Assembly (NCBI GenBank): GCA_963663865.1 | Contig: OY760686.1 | Location: 1,344,001 to 1,408,000 of the forward strand | Source of the DNA: Spirochaetota bacterium | GTDB lineage: Bacteria; Spirochaetota; UBA4802; UBA5550 | Length of the DNA: 64,000 bases | Direction of reading: 5' to 3' | Shown here: piece after piece, positions 9,373 to 18,757 of the stretch | Layout of the letters: each line of letters opens with the position of its first letter | How positions within the stretch are numbered: the first letter of the stretch is position 1 | Notes under the pieces: model-generated | What the model saw: only the letters and a program-made list of their open reading frames with translations | Database searches by the model: none | What the model was told of the DNA's origin: nothing | Position numbers and translations under genes: made by a program

Positions 9373-9395
9373 AATAACAAACCGGAGTATATCCT

Positions 9396-12300
9396 ATGAC
9401 ATTTTCACTGGGCGAATATCAGGACATTTTTCTTGAAGAGGCTGATGAACAGCTTCAGGAGCTCAATCAAAACCTTCTTGAGCTGGAAAGAAATCCTGAG
9501 GACAGCGAAATCATAAATAATATTTTCAGGGCTGCCCATTCATTGAAGAGTTCCGCGGCGTTTGTGGGTTTGAACGATCTCAGCGACCTGGCTCACAAAA
9601 TGGAGAATCTGCTTCAGGGTATTCGCGATCACACGATGAAAATTACTCCGGTGATAGTAGATGTTATATTCAAATGCTTTGATAAAATCAGAATTGTAAT
9701 AGATACTGTCGCAGGAGGCGAAGCACCTAAAGAGGATTTGAGCGGAATTATAGCCGAGATAAAAGCTGTTAGCGAGGGAGCTCCACCGCCCGATTCCGCG
9801 GCTGGCAGCGGTGAAGGCGAAGAAACAGAGGAAGTAGAAGAACTCGTTCCCAAGACAGTTTTGACCTCCGATGATTTTAAGTCAATTAAGAGCGGGTTAG
9901 ACGCGGGCAGTAACTGCTATGAGGTTACTGTGACGATTGACCGTGCAGCTCAGATGAAATGGGTCAAAGCCCAGCTGATTATAAGCAATATTGATCGAAA
10001 CGGAAGCCTCATTAAGACAATTCCTTCCATTGAAGATATGATCAGTTCTGAATTGCAGAATGTCTTCAAATTTATCTGTCTGCTCGATCAGGACTATTCA
10101 CCAATAGTACATGCCTGCAATGTAGATCAGGTTGAAAAGGCAGTCATCAAGCAGGTAACAATAGAAAATGTAAACGGTAAGGCCGGGATAAGATTTAATC
10201 AGCTTGAAACAGTCGATTTTACTGAAGCTGTGTCGTCAAAGCCGGTTGTATCTGAAGGGAATGTACCGGAACCTGTACGAGTAAGAGATGACGATGTTTC
10301 TGAGCCTGAAACAATCGAAGATGGCAGCGACGAAGCAGAGGAAGCGGATTCCGTAAAGGTTGAAGAGGCAGTTGAGAGTGTAGAGACAGAAAGAAAGAGG
10401 GCTCCTGTACTCAAGACAGTTAAGGTGTCTATTGACAAGCTTGATCAGCTCCTGAACAATGTTGGAGAGCTGGTAATAGCCAATTCCGGCTTCTACAGGC
10501 TTTTTGAGGACATAAGGAAGTTAAGCGAAGGGAAAGCTCTTGTTAACGAGTTTAAAAACCGGATGGAGCAAATGTCAAGGATTGCCAAAGATCTTCAGAC
10601 CGGCATAATGAAGACCAGGATGGTTCCCATCGGACAGGTATTCTCCAGGTTTAACAGGCTTGTCCGTGATTTGGCGAGAGACTACGATAAGAAGATAGAG
10701 CTGGTTATCAAGGGTGAAGAGACCGAGCTTGATAAAAAGGTCATTGACGCCATTGGCGAACCGCTGATGCACCTTATCAGAAACGCAATAGATCACGGAA
10801 TAGAAAGGGCCGAGCAGAGAAAAAAGGCCGGGAAACCGGATGTTGCGAGCATTATTCTAAACGCCCATCAGGGGGGCAATCAGATATATGTCGAAGTAAG
10901 CGATGACGGTAAGGGGTTGGATGCCGAAGTTATAAGAAAGAAGGTCATCGAAAAAGACCTCGCCACTGTTGAAATATTGGCGAATATGGATGACACAGAC
11001 ATATATAATTTTATTTTTGCTCCCGGTTTTTCAACCGCTGAAAAAGTTACAGATATTTCAGGGCGCGGAGTAGGGATGAATGTGGTTCGTGAAATAGTTA
11101 ACGAACTGAATGGAAACGTGATGATCGAAACAGAAAAGGGGATGGGGACGAGGTTTGTTATGGCGTTCCCGCTTACACTCGCTATTATTCCAGCTATTAT
11201 GACGAGGATGGGCGGCGATATGTACGCAGTTCCTTTATCAGACGTTAACGAAACGATAAAGATATCTCAGTCAGATATAACTACAATTGAAGGGCATGAG
11301 GTAATAAATCTGAGAGGTGAGATTCTGTCGCTTCTTAGATTGAGCAGATTTGTCCGGGTGAAAAGCCGCCTGAAAAAGGGTGAAAAAATACCAGTTGTTG
11401 TTGTTCAATATGGAAACAGAAAGATCGGACTTATGGTCGACGATCTTGAAGGGAAGATGGAGATTGTAATCAAGTCACTCGAGCAGAACTACAAGACTGT
11501 AGAGGGACTTGCCGGAGCTTCGATACTTGGAGATGGAAGTATTTGCCTTATTCTTGATGTCGCAACTATGATAAACAAGACAATATCTGAACAGGAAAAA
11601 CTGGGACGAATCGACATTGAATCGCTCCAGGAAGGCGAAGTGGAGGTCGAGGAAGTGAGTGAACTTCCGGACCTTTCGGCTGTATCCAGATCGGAAGGAC
11701 TTGCTGAAGAAGAGGATGAGGATTCAGAATTCCTCGCCAGCAGGCAGTTTAACAAGGAAGTTGAAGTTCCTATTCAGAAGTCCATTCTTTTCAATGAGCC
11801 GTCCAGTCGGGAAATAGCCGGAGAACAGCCGGCGAAAATTGACGTTCGGGCTGGGGAAGAGCATAAAGCTGATGCCAAAGCTGACGACCAGGAAAGTCAC
11901 GAGATCGTATCTGAAGCCGGGGAAACTGCTGAAGATGACAACCGTGATTTCCAGGGAGAGACTGCGGATGAGACTTATCAGGAAGAAGGTGAAGGTTCAG
12001 TGGAAGCTGAAACCCAAACAGAGGAGAAGGGAGTTGAGGAAGAGCAGTCTCCAATAAAAAAAGAACTTACTGAAGAAGAGATAGAACAAAAAGTCCACAA
12101 CGCGCTTGAAGATTTCAAGAAAGAGTTGAAGGAAAATGTCAACTCGGCGATTAGAATTGAGAAACCGGATGATATAATTGCAAGAGAAATGGATTTGCCG
12201 GCAGATGCTGTCAGAGAGTTCCAGCTTATCGCCAATGTCGGAGCTGCGAATGCCGCAGAGTCGCTTTCAAAGATTCTCGGAATCAGAATTGATCTTTCCA

Positions 12301-12797
12301 TTCCGGAAGTAGATCTTTGCGCTACAGAATCAATTCCTGAGAAAATCGGCGATGTCAGTATTCCCTATTACGGAATAATGATGCCGATACAGGGCGATGC
12401 TTCCGGAACAATGATATTGATTCTGGGAGAGGAGGTTGCTTTTGAGCTCCTTGCCCTTCTTCTTGGATCCTACGACAATAAGAACACTGAACTGACGGAA
12501 GACGGCCAGTCCGCGCTCAAAGAGGTAACGAATATCATCGGGGCCTCTGTCCTCAATGTGTTTTCAGAAAAAACAAGGCTTGCAATAAAGCCTGATGTGC
12601 CTCTAATAGTTCATGATTTCATGCAGTCTGTCATGGACTCAATTCTCGCTACTCATAACATGATGAGTGACTATGCTATTGTTATGGATACAGCCTTTTA
12701 TTTTGAGAATGATAAAATAATTGGAAATCTCCTGCTGCTTCCTGACACAGATTCAATGAAGGTGATTGTAGAGAGGCTGAGGACTGCGAATGTCTGA
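9396..12797 (+). CDS. cheA: Chemotaxis histidine kinase CheA with C-terminal CheC-like phosphatase domain
   Basis: Hpt FRAAHSLKS, P2, LDQLLNNVGEL dimer, HLIRNAIDHG/DDGKG/PGFST/SGRGVGM HATPase, CheW domain, ~200-aa acidic linker, then CheC-like domain (ANVGAANAAESLS; SALKEVTNIIG). Confidence 0.95.
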   Translation: MTFSLGEYQDIFLEEADEQLQELNQNLLELERNPEDSEIINNIFRAAHSLKSSAAFVGLNDLSDLAHKMENLLQGIRDHTMKITPVIVDVIFKCFDKIRIVIDTVAGGEAPKEDLSGIIAEIKAVSEGAPPPDSAAGSGEGEETEEVEELVPKTVLTSDDFKSIKSGLDAGSNCYEVTVTIDRAAQMKWVKAQLIISNIDRNGSLIKTIPSIEDMISSELQNVFKFICLLDQDYSPIVHACNVDQVEKAVIKQVTIENVNGKAGIRFNQLETVDFTEAVSSKPVVSEGNVPEPVRVRDDDVSEPETIEDGSDEAEEADSVKVEEAVESVETERKRAPVLKTVKVSIDKLDQLLNNVGELVIANSGFYRLFEDIRKLSEGKALVNEFKNRMEQMSRIAKDLQTGIMKTRMVPIGQVFSRFNRLVRDLARDYDKKIELVIKGEETELDKKVIDAIGEPLMHLIRNAIDHGIERAEQRKKAGKPDVASIILNAHQGGNQIYVEVSDDGKGLDAEVIRKKVIEKDLATVEILANMDDTDIYNFIFAPGFSTAEKVTDISGRGVGMNVVREIVNELNGNVMIETEKGMGTRFVMAFPLTLAIIPAIMTRMGGDMYAVPLSDVNETIKISQSDITTIEGHEVINLRGEILSLLRLSRFVRVKSRLKKGEKIPVVVVQYGNRKIGLMVDDLEGKMEIVIKSLEQNYKTVEGLAGASILGDGSICLILDVATMINKTISEQEKLGRIDIESLQEGEVEVEEVSELPDLSAVSRSEGLAEEEDEDSEFLASRQFNKEVEVPIQKSILFNEPSSREIAGEQPAKIDVRAGEEHKADAKADDQESHEIVSEAGETAEDDNRDFQGETADETYQEEGEGSVEAETQTEEKGVEEEQSPIKKELTEEEIEQKVHNALEDFKKELKENVNSAIRIEKPDDIIAREMDLPADAVREFQLIANVGAANAAESLSKILGIRIDLSIPEVDLCATESIPEKIGDVSIPYYGIMMPIQGDASGTMILILGEEVAFELLALLLGSYDNKNTELTEDGQSALKEVTNIIGASVLNVFSEKTRLAIKPDVPLIVHDFMQSVMDSILATHNMMSDYAIVMDTAFYFENDKIIGNLLLLPDTDSMKVIVERLRTANV

Positions 12798-13863
12798 AAA
12801 GATAAAAGTTCTTGTTGTGGACGATTCTTCACTGGTTAGAAAGATTATCGGTGATATTCTTGAGTCTGATCCCGATATTACAGTAGTAGGTACCGCTAAT
12901 AATGGACGGACAGCTGTATTTAAAAGCAAAGAGCTCAATCCAGATGTCATAACAATGGATATCGAGATGCCGATTATGGACGGCCTCGCAGCCTTAAAGG
13001 AGATTATAGCTTCAAATCCCAAGCCGGTGATTATGCTGAGCGTTTTGACGCATCACGGAGCGGATGCGACGTTTAAGGCTCTTGAACTTGGAGCGGTTGA
13101 TTTTGTACCAAAACCGTCTTCGCTGCTTTCGCTTTCTGTTGATGAGATTGGCGAACTGCTGAAACTTAAAGTAAAATCAGTATATAAATCAAAAATATCA
13201 GCTGCTTCAGATCCGGGATACGCAGGTCTCGTTTCAAATATATTGAGCGAGAAGCAGGCTGAGGGTGAGCTCTGGAGGTTCAGGAAAAATGATGTCAGCA
13301 AGAAGCTTGTCGCTATCGGGACATCAACAGGCGGTCCGTCAGCGCTCCTGCAAATTTTCAGGACCTTTCCAGAAAACTTCCCCGCCCCTGTTGTAGTTGT
13401 GCAGCATATGCCTGAGGGTTTTACAAAGGCATTTTCTGAGAGACTTAACCTGAGTTCAACTTTAAACGTTAAGGAGGCTGAAGACGGGGATAGGGTATTG
13501 CCGGGATGTGGCTATATTGCTCCGGGACATTCGCATATGCTGGTTGAAAAACGAAGTGAAGGCTCCTTTTTGAGGGTTGTAAAAGGAGAAAAAGTATCAG
13601 GTCACAGGCCGTCAATTGATGTGCTGTTTCATTCTGTAGCTGAATGCTATTCATCCAATACGGTAGCGGTAATAATGACCGGTATGGGGCGCGACGGGGC
13701 TGACGGCATGTCTCATATAAACAGCACTGGAGGTTTCACTCTAGCTCAGGATGAAGCAACATCCGTGGTCTATGGAATGAACAGGGTTGCTGTTGAAAGC
13801 GGAGCTGTCAAAGAAATCATCCCACTCCATGAGATTACTAAAAAAATTGTTGAACATATCTGA
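12790..13863 (+). CDS. cheB: Chemotaxis methylesterase CheB
   Basis: Receiver domain plus GTSTGGP, VVQHMP, HRPSIDVLF, MTGMGRDGA. Confidence 0.97.
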   Translation: MSEKIKVLVVDDSSLVRKIIGDILESDPDITVVGTANNGRTAVFKSKELNPDVITMDIEMPIMDGLAALKEIIASNPKPVIMLSVLTHHGADATFKALELGAVDFVPKPSSLLSLSVDEIGELLKLKVKSVYKSKISAASDPGYAGLVSNILSEKQAEGELWRFRKNDVSKKLVAIGTSTGGPSALLQIFRTFPENFPAPVVVVQHMPEGFTKAFSERLNLSSTLNVKEAEDGDRVLPGCGYIAPGHSHMLVEKRSEGSFLRVVKGEKVSGHRPSIDVLFHSVAECYSSNTVAVIMTGMGRDGADGMSHINSTGGFTLAQDEATSVVYGMNRVAVESGAVKEIIPLHEITKKIVEHI

Positions 13864-14097
13864 GGGTATGATATACTGTATAGCTGTACTGAATAATCAG
13901 GGTAAGCGCTGTATTAGGGTGTAATCTACGGTAGTGGGGAAGTCGGTATATCAGTATTAAATATTTATCTTGACTGACTAATAAAGAATTGATTTATATT
14001 ACTATAGGCGTTTAGGTGACAAGGGGTATGCACCAGAAAGAGTGATTGTTTTATGTCGCTCATAGTTGGGTATTATTAATCTATCTGGAGATTAAAC

Positions 14098-14457
14098 ATG
14101 GCTAAAGTTTTAATAGTGGATGACGCGAAATTCATGAGGACTCTTGTTAAAGATGCCCTGGTGCCTGCCGGACATGAAATAATCGCTGAAGCAGAGAACG
14201 GTAATGAGGCAGTGGCTCTTTATAAAAAACTTAAGCCAGACCTTACTACTATGGATATAACAATGAGGGAAAAGGACGGCATTGAAGCGGCTGAAGAGAT
14301 ACTTGCCTTTGACCCCAACGCGCGAATTATCATGGTTACCGCTCTTGGGCAGGAAAATCTCCTAACCAAGGCAATCAGGCTTGGCGTTAAGGATTTTGTT
14401 GTTAAGCCCTTCCCGCCTGAGCGGTTGCAGAAGGCAGCTGAAAAGGCTCTATCCTGA
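14098..14457 (+). CDS. cheY: Chemotaxis response regulator CheY
   Basis: Single receiver domain IVDD, TMDITM, MVTA, VVKPF; in che cluster. Confidence 0.92.
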   Translation: MAKVLIVDDAKFMRTLVKDALVPAGHEIIAEAENGNEAVALYKKLKPDLTTMDITMREKDGIEAAEEILAFDPNARIIMVTALGQENLLTKAIRLGVKDFVVKPFPPERLQKAAEKALS

Positions 14458-14461
14458 ACGG

Positions 14462-14492
14462 GCGGGCCTGAGTTTTCAGGTTCGCATTTTTT
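14462..14492 (+). terminator. Intrinsic terminator after cheY
   Basis: GCGGGCCTGA-GTTT-TCAGGTTCGC then ATTTTTT. Confidence 0.65.
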
Positions 14493-14605
14493 GTCCTTTT
14501 GTGTACGGGATCAGTGTGTGATCCATTCTCTTAATCCCACTGAGAAAAGAGCAGTCTTTATTCGCTTGTTCCTATCTAACCTTCTAATATTTATGAAGTG
14601 ACTAA

Positions 14606-15394
14606 ATGGAAATACTGGAAAATGGAAATGAGCTTCCTGCCGAGAAGGCTGAGAAGTATGTGCTGCATGTAGAGAACTATGAAGGTCCTCTTGATGTCCT
14701 ATGGGATATGATAAAACGTTCAAAAATTGATATTACGGAAATATCCCTTTCCGATATTACTGAACAGTATATCGCCTATTTGAGGTTAATGGAGAGGATG
14801 AATGTCCGGATAGCTTCAGAGTTCATCTGGATGGCCTCAGAGCTTTTATACTATAAGAGCAAAGCCCTTCTTCCTTCAGGGGATATTGAGGATGAACTCT
14901 TTGTGCCCCCGTTGCCTCCGGAGTTAATACAGAAGCTGCTGGAGTACAAGAAATATCAGCAATCAACTGAATTGTTCCGCGAGATGTATGATTCTCAGGC
15001 TGACGTCTATGTAAGGGAAAATGCTAATGTAGAAATAGAAGGAACAGAAGAATATCTTGACGTCTCATTATTCGACCTTCTAAAAGCGTTTGCGAGAGTT
15101 CTTGAGTCCCAGAGTACTGTTGAGAAAGAGGAAATTGTATTTGACGAAATACTTGTCAGCTCAAGGATAGAGTACATTCTTGATATACTGAAGGACAGGG
15201 AGTATGTCATTTTTGTTGAAATATTTTCTGAAAGACCGACCAGAGCGGAGGTTGTAGCTACATTCCTCGCTATTCTTGAGATGGCAAAGACAAAAGCGGT
15301 TAAGCTGCTGCAACACAGGGTTTTCGGTGAAATTAGAATCATGAGAAATTTTTCTGCTGATCAGATTAACTCAGGTCAGACTTCGTGGCAGTAA
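14606..15394 (+). CDS. scpA: Segregation/condensation protein A
   Basis: YEGPLDVL, ITEQY, ASELLYYKSKALLP, VATFLAILEM. Confidence 0.95.
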   Translation: MEILENGNELPAEKAEKYVLHVENYEGPLDVLWDMIKRSKIDITEISLSDITEQYIAYLRLMERMNVRIASEFIWMASELLYYKSKALLPSGDIEDELFVPPLPPELIQKLLEYKKYQQSTELFREMYDSQADVYVRENANVEIEGTEEYLDVSLFDLLKAFARVLESQSTVEKEEIVFDEILVSSRIEYILDILKDREYVIFVEIFSERPTRAEVVATFLAILEMAKTKAVKLLQHRVFGEIRIMRNFSADQINSGQTSWQ

Positions 15395-15427
15395 AACGGG
15401 CTTATCAGATCCTTTAAGACGGCAGTA

Positions 15428-16054
15428 ATGGACATAGAAAAAATTAAAGAAAACACAGAGAACGAAAATCCGACTGAAGACGAAAACGGGACTTCGGGAG
15501 AAGAGGAATCAGATCGAGATGAGCTTGAGCTAAAGGGCCTGTTCGAAGCGGTTCTTTTTTTGACCAATGATCCGCTGCCCGTATCCTTTTTTGTTAAACA
15601 GTTTTCTGTTGATCCAACTCAGGCAAAAATTATTATTGATACTCTTGTTGACGAATATGAGGAACGCGATGGGGGTATCCGTATTATTGAGCTTGCAAGC
15701 GGTTTTCAGTTCGCAACGAGCGCAAGACACGCTGAACCTCTTCGCCATGCAATGGGCCTAAAAAAAAGGGACGTACTTTCGCGTGGGATGCTTGAAACCC
15801 TGGCGATAGTTGCATATAAACAACCGATCATTCTTGCCGAGATTGATGAGCTGAGAGGTGTTTCATCAAGAATGATGATAGCCAACCTGATGAAGCGTAA
15901 TCTGATAAAACCAGTTGGAAGAAAAAACGTGCCGGGGCGGCCGTTAGCCTATGGAACCACGGATGATTTTCTGAGATTTTTCGGTTTGAATAAGCTCTCA
16001 GACCTTCCCAAGCTTTCAGAGATTAAGGAGTTTTCAATCGATAATGAAGACTGA
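15428..16054 (+). CDS. scpB: Segregation/condensation protein B
   Basis: EAVLF, LETLAIVAYKQPI, RGV, GRPLAYGTTDDFLRFFGL. Confidence 0.96.
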   Translation: MDIEKIKENTENENPTEDENGTSGEEESDRDELELKGLFEAVLFLTNDPLPVSFFVKQFSVDPTQAKIIIDTLVDEYEERDGGIRIIELASGFQFATSARHAEPLRHAMGLKKRDVLSRGMLETLAIVAYKQPIILAEIDELRGVSSRMMIANLMKRNLIKPVGRKNVPGRPLAYGTTDDFLRFFGLNKLSDLPKLSEIKEFSIDNED

Positions 16055-17105
16055 ATCCTCAAAAACCCTTGATTCTATTGACAGGCAGCTTGTCAAGCTT
16101 GCCGGTGAAAGAGACAGACTTCTTGCAGAAGCACTCCAGGGCAGCTCAGAAGAACAGGTCACCGAGACAGCACTTGCAGAAAAATTCTCACGGCTTTTAT
16201 TGGATTCCGGAATAAATGAACTTCCCATGCGGAGAATCTTAACCGGATTTATCCATGAATTGACAGCTTTATCTCTGAGAAGAACTAAACCGCGCAGGGT
16301 GGCGTATCTTGGCCCTGACGGCTCATTTTCAAGCATTGCTTTGAGAGAATTGTTCAGCTCGTATTCTGACATGCTTCCTGTAAGGACAATTTCCGATGTT
16401 TTCAGAGCAGTAGAGAGAGGTGAGGCGGATTATGGGGTCGTACCGGTTGAAAACAGCACAGAAGGGGCTGTAACTTATACACTCGATGAGCTTATTGAAA
16501 CATCTCTCAGCATAAATGCTGAGCATTTTACGCGTGTCACTTACTCATTGCTTTCATTAGAAGAGAATCTGAGCTCTGTTAAGACTATATACTCACATCC
16601 CCAGCCGCTTGCACAGTGTAAAGGATGGCTGCGCAGCAATTTGCCTCAATGCGCTGTTGTTTCAACTGATTCGACTACGAAAGCGGCCGAAAAAGCTGCC
16701 CAGGAAAGAGGGGCTGCCGCCGTAGCTTCAAGCCTCGCCGCTGAATTGTATTCGCTGAATGTCCTCTCAAGCGGGATAGAGGACATGAGGCAGAATTATA
16801 CCAGGTTCTTTGTAGTGGGCACCGGTGTCAGATCGGCTACCGGCAATGATAAAACGTCAATAGTCTGCGCCATTAAGGATAAGCCCGCGGCACTTCTGGG
16901 TCTGCTCAGACCTATTGCCGAAGCCGGTATCAACATGACCAAAATTGAATCGCGTCCTGATAAGAAAAAGATGTGGGAATATAACTTTTTCATTGATTTC
17001 AGGGGACATATCAGTGATCCCGTGATATCCGAGGCCATTGAATTGATAAAAAAAGAGACTATTTTTCTTAAAATTCTCGGTTCATATCCAAGTACTGCAG
17101 AATAA
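16044..17105 (+). CDS. pheA: Prephenate dehydratase (P-protein) with degenerate chorismate-mutase-like N-terminus and ACT domain
   Basis: VAYLGPDGSFS, VPVENSTEG, SHPQPLAQC, NYTRF, NMTKIESRP. Confidence 0.93.
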   Translation: MKTESSKTLDSIDRQLVKLAGERDRLLAEALQGSSEEQVTETALAEKFSRLLLDSGINELPMRRILTGFIHELTALSLRRTKPRRVAYLGPDGSFSSIALRELFSSYSDMLPVRTISDVFRAVERGEADYGVVPVENSTEGAVTYTLDELIETSLSINAEHFTRVTYSLLSLEENLSSVKTIYSHPQPLAQCKGWLRSNLPQCAVVSTDSTTKAAEKAAQERGAAAVASSLAAELYSLNVLSSGIEDMRQNYTRFFVVGTGVRSATGNDKTSIVCAIKDKPAALLGLLRPIAEAGINMTKIESRPDKKKMWEYNFFIDFRGHISDPVISEAIELIKKETIFLKILGSYPSTAE

Positions 17106-17138
17106 TTCCCGCCAGGGGTAAGAAACCGAAGCTGGAGG

Positions 17139-18020
17139 ATGGATTTGACTGAGTTTAGCAATATTGTGGTTATCGGGGTAGGGCTCCTCGGGGGCTCTTT
17201 CTGTAGAGCGGCCAGGGTTATTTATCCGAATGTAAAAATTACGGGCTGCGGGCGTAATCGGGAGAATCTGCAGCAGGCACTGGATGAGGGGGCTATAGAT
17301 TATATATCATCCCCAGGGCTGCCTGATCTTTCAGATGTGGATATTGTTTTAGTAGCTGTTCCCGTGAAAACCTCTGTGAGCATAATTCTTGAGATTCTCG
17401 ATAATCCTTCATTCAGGGACGATGCGCTTGTTATTGATGTCGGCAGCGTGAAGGGTAAACTGGTAGAGCGGATATCTGAGCACCCCCGAAGCGGCCGTTT
17501 TATTGGCTGCCATCCGATGGCCGGATCAGAAAAGACCGGTTTTGCAAGCAGCAGTTCGAATCTTTATCGAGGCTCTTCAGTGATAATAACGCCTCATGAG
17601 GCTAATTCTGAGCGGGAAGTTGAAATGATAAGTCAACTTTGGATTGCTCTGGGGGCTAAAGTTACATTGATTGATGCCAGGCTGCACGATGTTTATACTG
17701 CATATACAAGTCATTTGATGCATATTGTTTCGAGCGCGGCTGTTAATGCTGTAGAAAGTAAATGCGCTGGAATTGAAAAAGAGAAGCTTGAATTATTTAT
17801 AGGAAGCGGTTTTAAAGACATGACAAGGCTTGCTTCAGGATCTCCGGATATGTGGGCAGATATATCCGAGTATAATTGGGAGAATATTTCTGAATCAGTA
17901 GACCGGATGATAGGTGCATTGCATAATTTTAAAACGCTTATCTCTGATCTTAAAAATAACCAGAATAACGTGCATGATTTTTTTATGAGGGCGAAAAAAT
18001 ACAGGGATTGGCTTATTTAG
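17139..18020 (+). CDS. tyrA: Prephenate/arogenate dehydrogenase
   Basis: GVGLLGGS, DVGSVK, HPMAGSEKTG, HD...SHL, GFKDMTRLA. Confidence 0.93.
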   Translation: MDLTEFSNIVVIGVGLLGGSFCRAARVIYPNVKITGCGRNRENLQQALDEGAIDYISSPGLPDLSDVDIVLVAVPVKTSVSIILEILDNPSFRDDALVIDVGSVKGKLVERISEHPRSGRFIGCHPMAGSEKTGFASSSSNLYRGSSVIITPHEANSEREVEMISQLWIALGAKVTLIDARLHDVYTAYTSHLMHIVSSAAVNAVESKCAGIEKEKLELFIGSGFKDMTRLASGSPDMWADISEYNWENISESVDRMIGALHNFKTLISDLKNNQNNVHDFFMRAKKYRDWLI

Positions 18021-18021
18021 A

Positions 18022-18693
18022 ATGGATAGAAGGATAGTTGTTGCGGTTGACGGCCCTGCGGGATCGGGGAAGAGCAGCGTTTCAAGAGAGGTTGCTTTGA
18101 AAACAGGTCTCAAGTACATTGATTCCGGAGCAATATACCGTGCAATAACTCTATATTTGATCAACAGGGACGGCGCAGTTACTTCACTTCCAGAGGAAGG
18201 CGCTGATTTTGAAAGTATTAGCATCCGGCAGGAATATACTGAGGACGGTTCTGTGAAGACTTACCTGAATTCAACCGATGTCAGTCTTGATATTAGAAGT
18301 GAGCAGATTACGGCAAATATTGGAGCTGTTTCGGATAATAGATCAGTTCGGGACTATGTAACAGGCCTTTTACGTAAATGGGCCTCGGTAGAGTCTATCA
18401 TAATGGATGGAAGGGATATCGGGACTGTTGTTTTCCCTGAAGCTGATTTGAAAATATATCTGGATGCGTCTGTTGAAGAAAGGGCAAGAAGACGCCTTTT
18501 GGAATATGAGCAAATGGGAAAAAACCTTGACGAAAATGATATCAAAAACCAGATTAAACTGCGCGACAGCCAGGATAAGAGCAGAGCTTACGGGGCGCTT
18601 GTGAGGGCTGCTGATTCCGTGTATTTGGACACCTCAGATATGACCAGAGACGAGGTTGTTAATTCAATAGTCGCGAAGGTGTTGGGACTGTGA
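18022..18693 (+). CDS. cmk: Cytidylate kinase
   Basis: DGPAGSGKS, DSGAIYRA, DGRDIGTVVFP. Confidence 0.97.
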   Translation: MDRRIVVAVDGPAGSGKSSVSREVALKTGLKYIDSGAIYRAITLYLINRDGAVTSLPEEGADFESISIRQEYTEDGSVKTYLNSTDVSLDIRSEQITANIGAVSDNRSVRDYVTGLLRKWASVESIIMDGRDIGTVVFPEADLKIYLDASVEERARRRLLEYEQMGKNLDENDIKNQIKLRDSQDKSRAYGALVRAADSVYLDTSDMTRDEVVNSIVAKVLGL

Positions 18694-18757
18694 TGTCTCA
18701 TGGCTGCCGGCGGTTATTGTACCTCCGGCAAGTGAATAACAATAAGGGTAACTGATT

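Noticed and set aside
13868-13924. 18-codon ORF (MIYCIAVLNNQGKRCIRV) after cheB
   Set aside because: Too short, SD spacing too tight, no supporting features.
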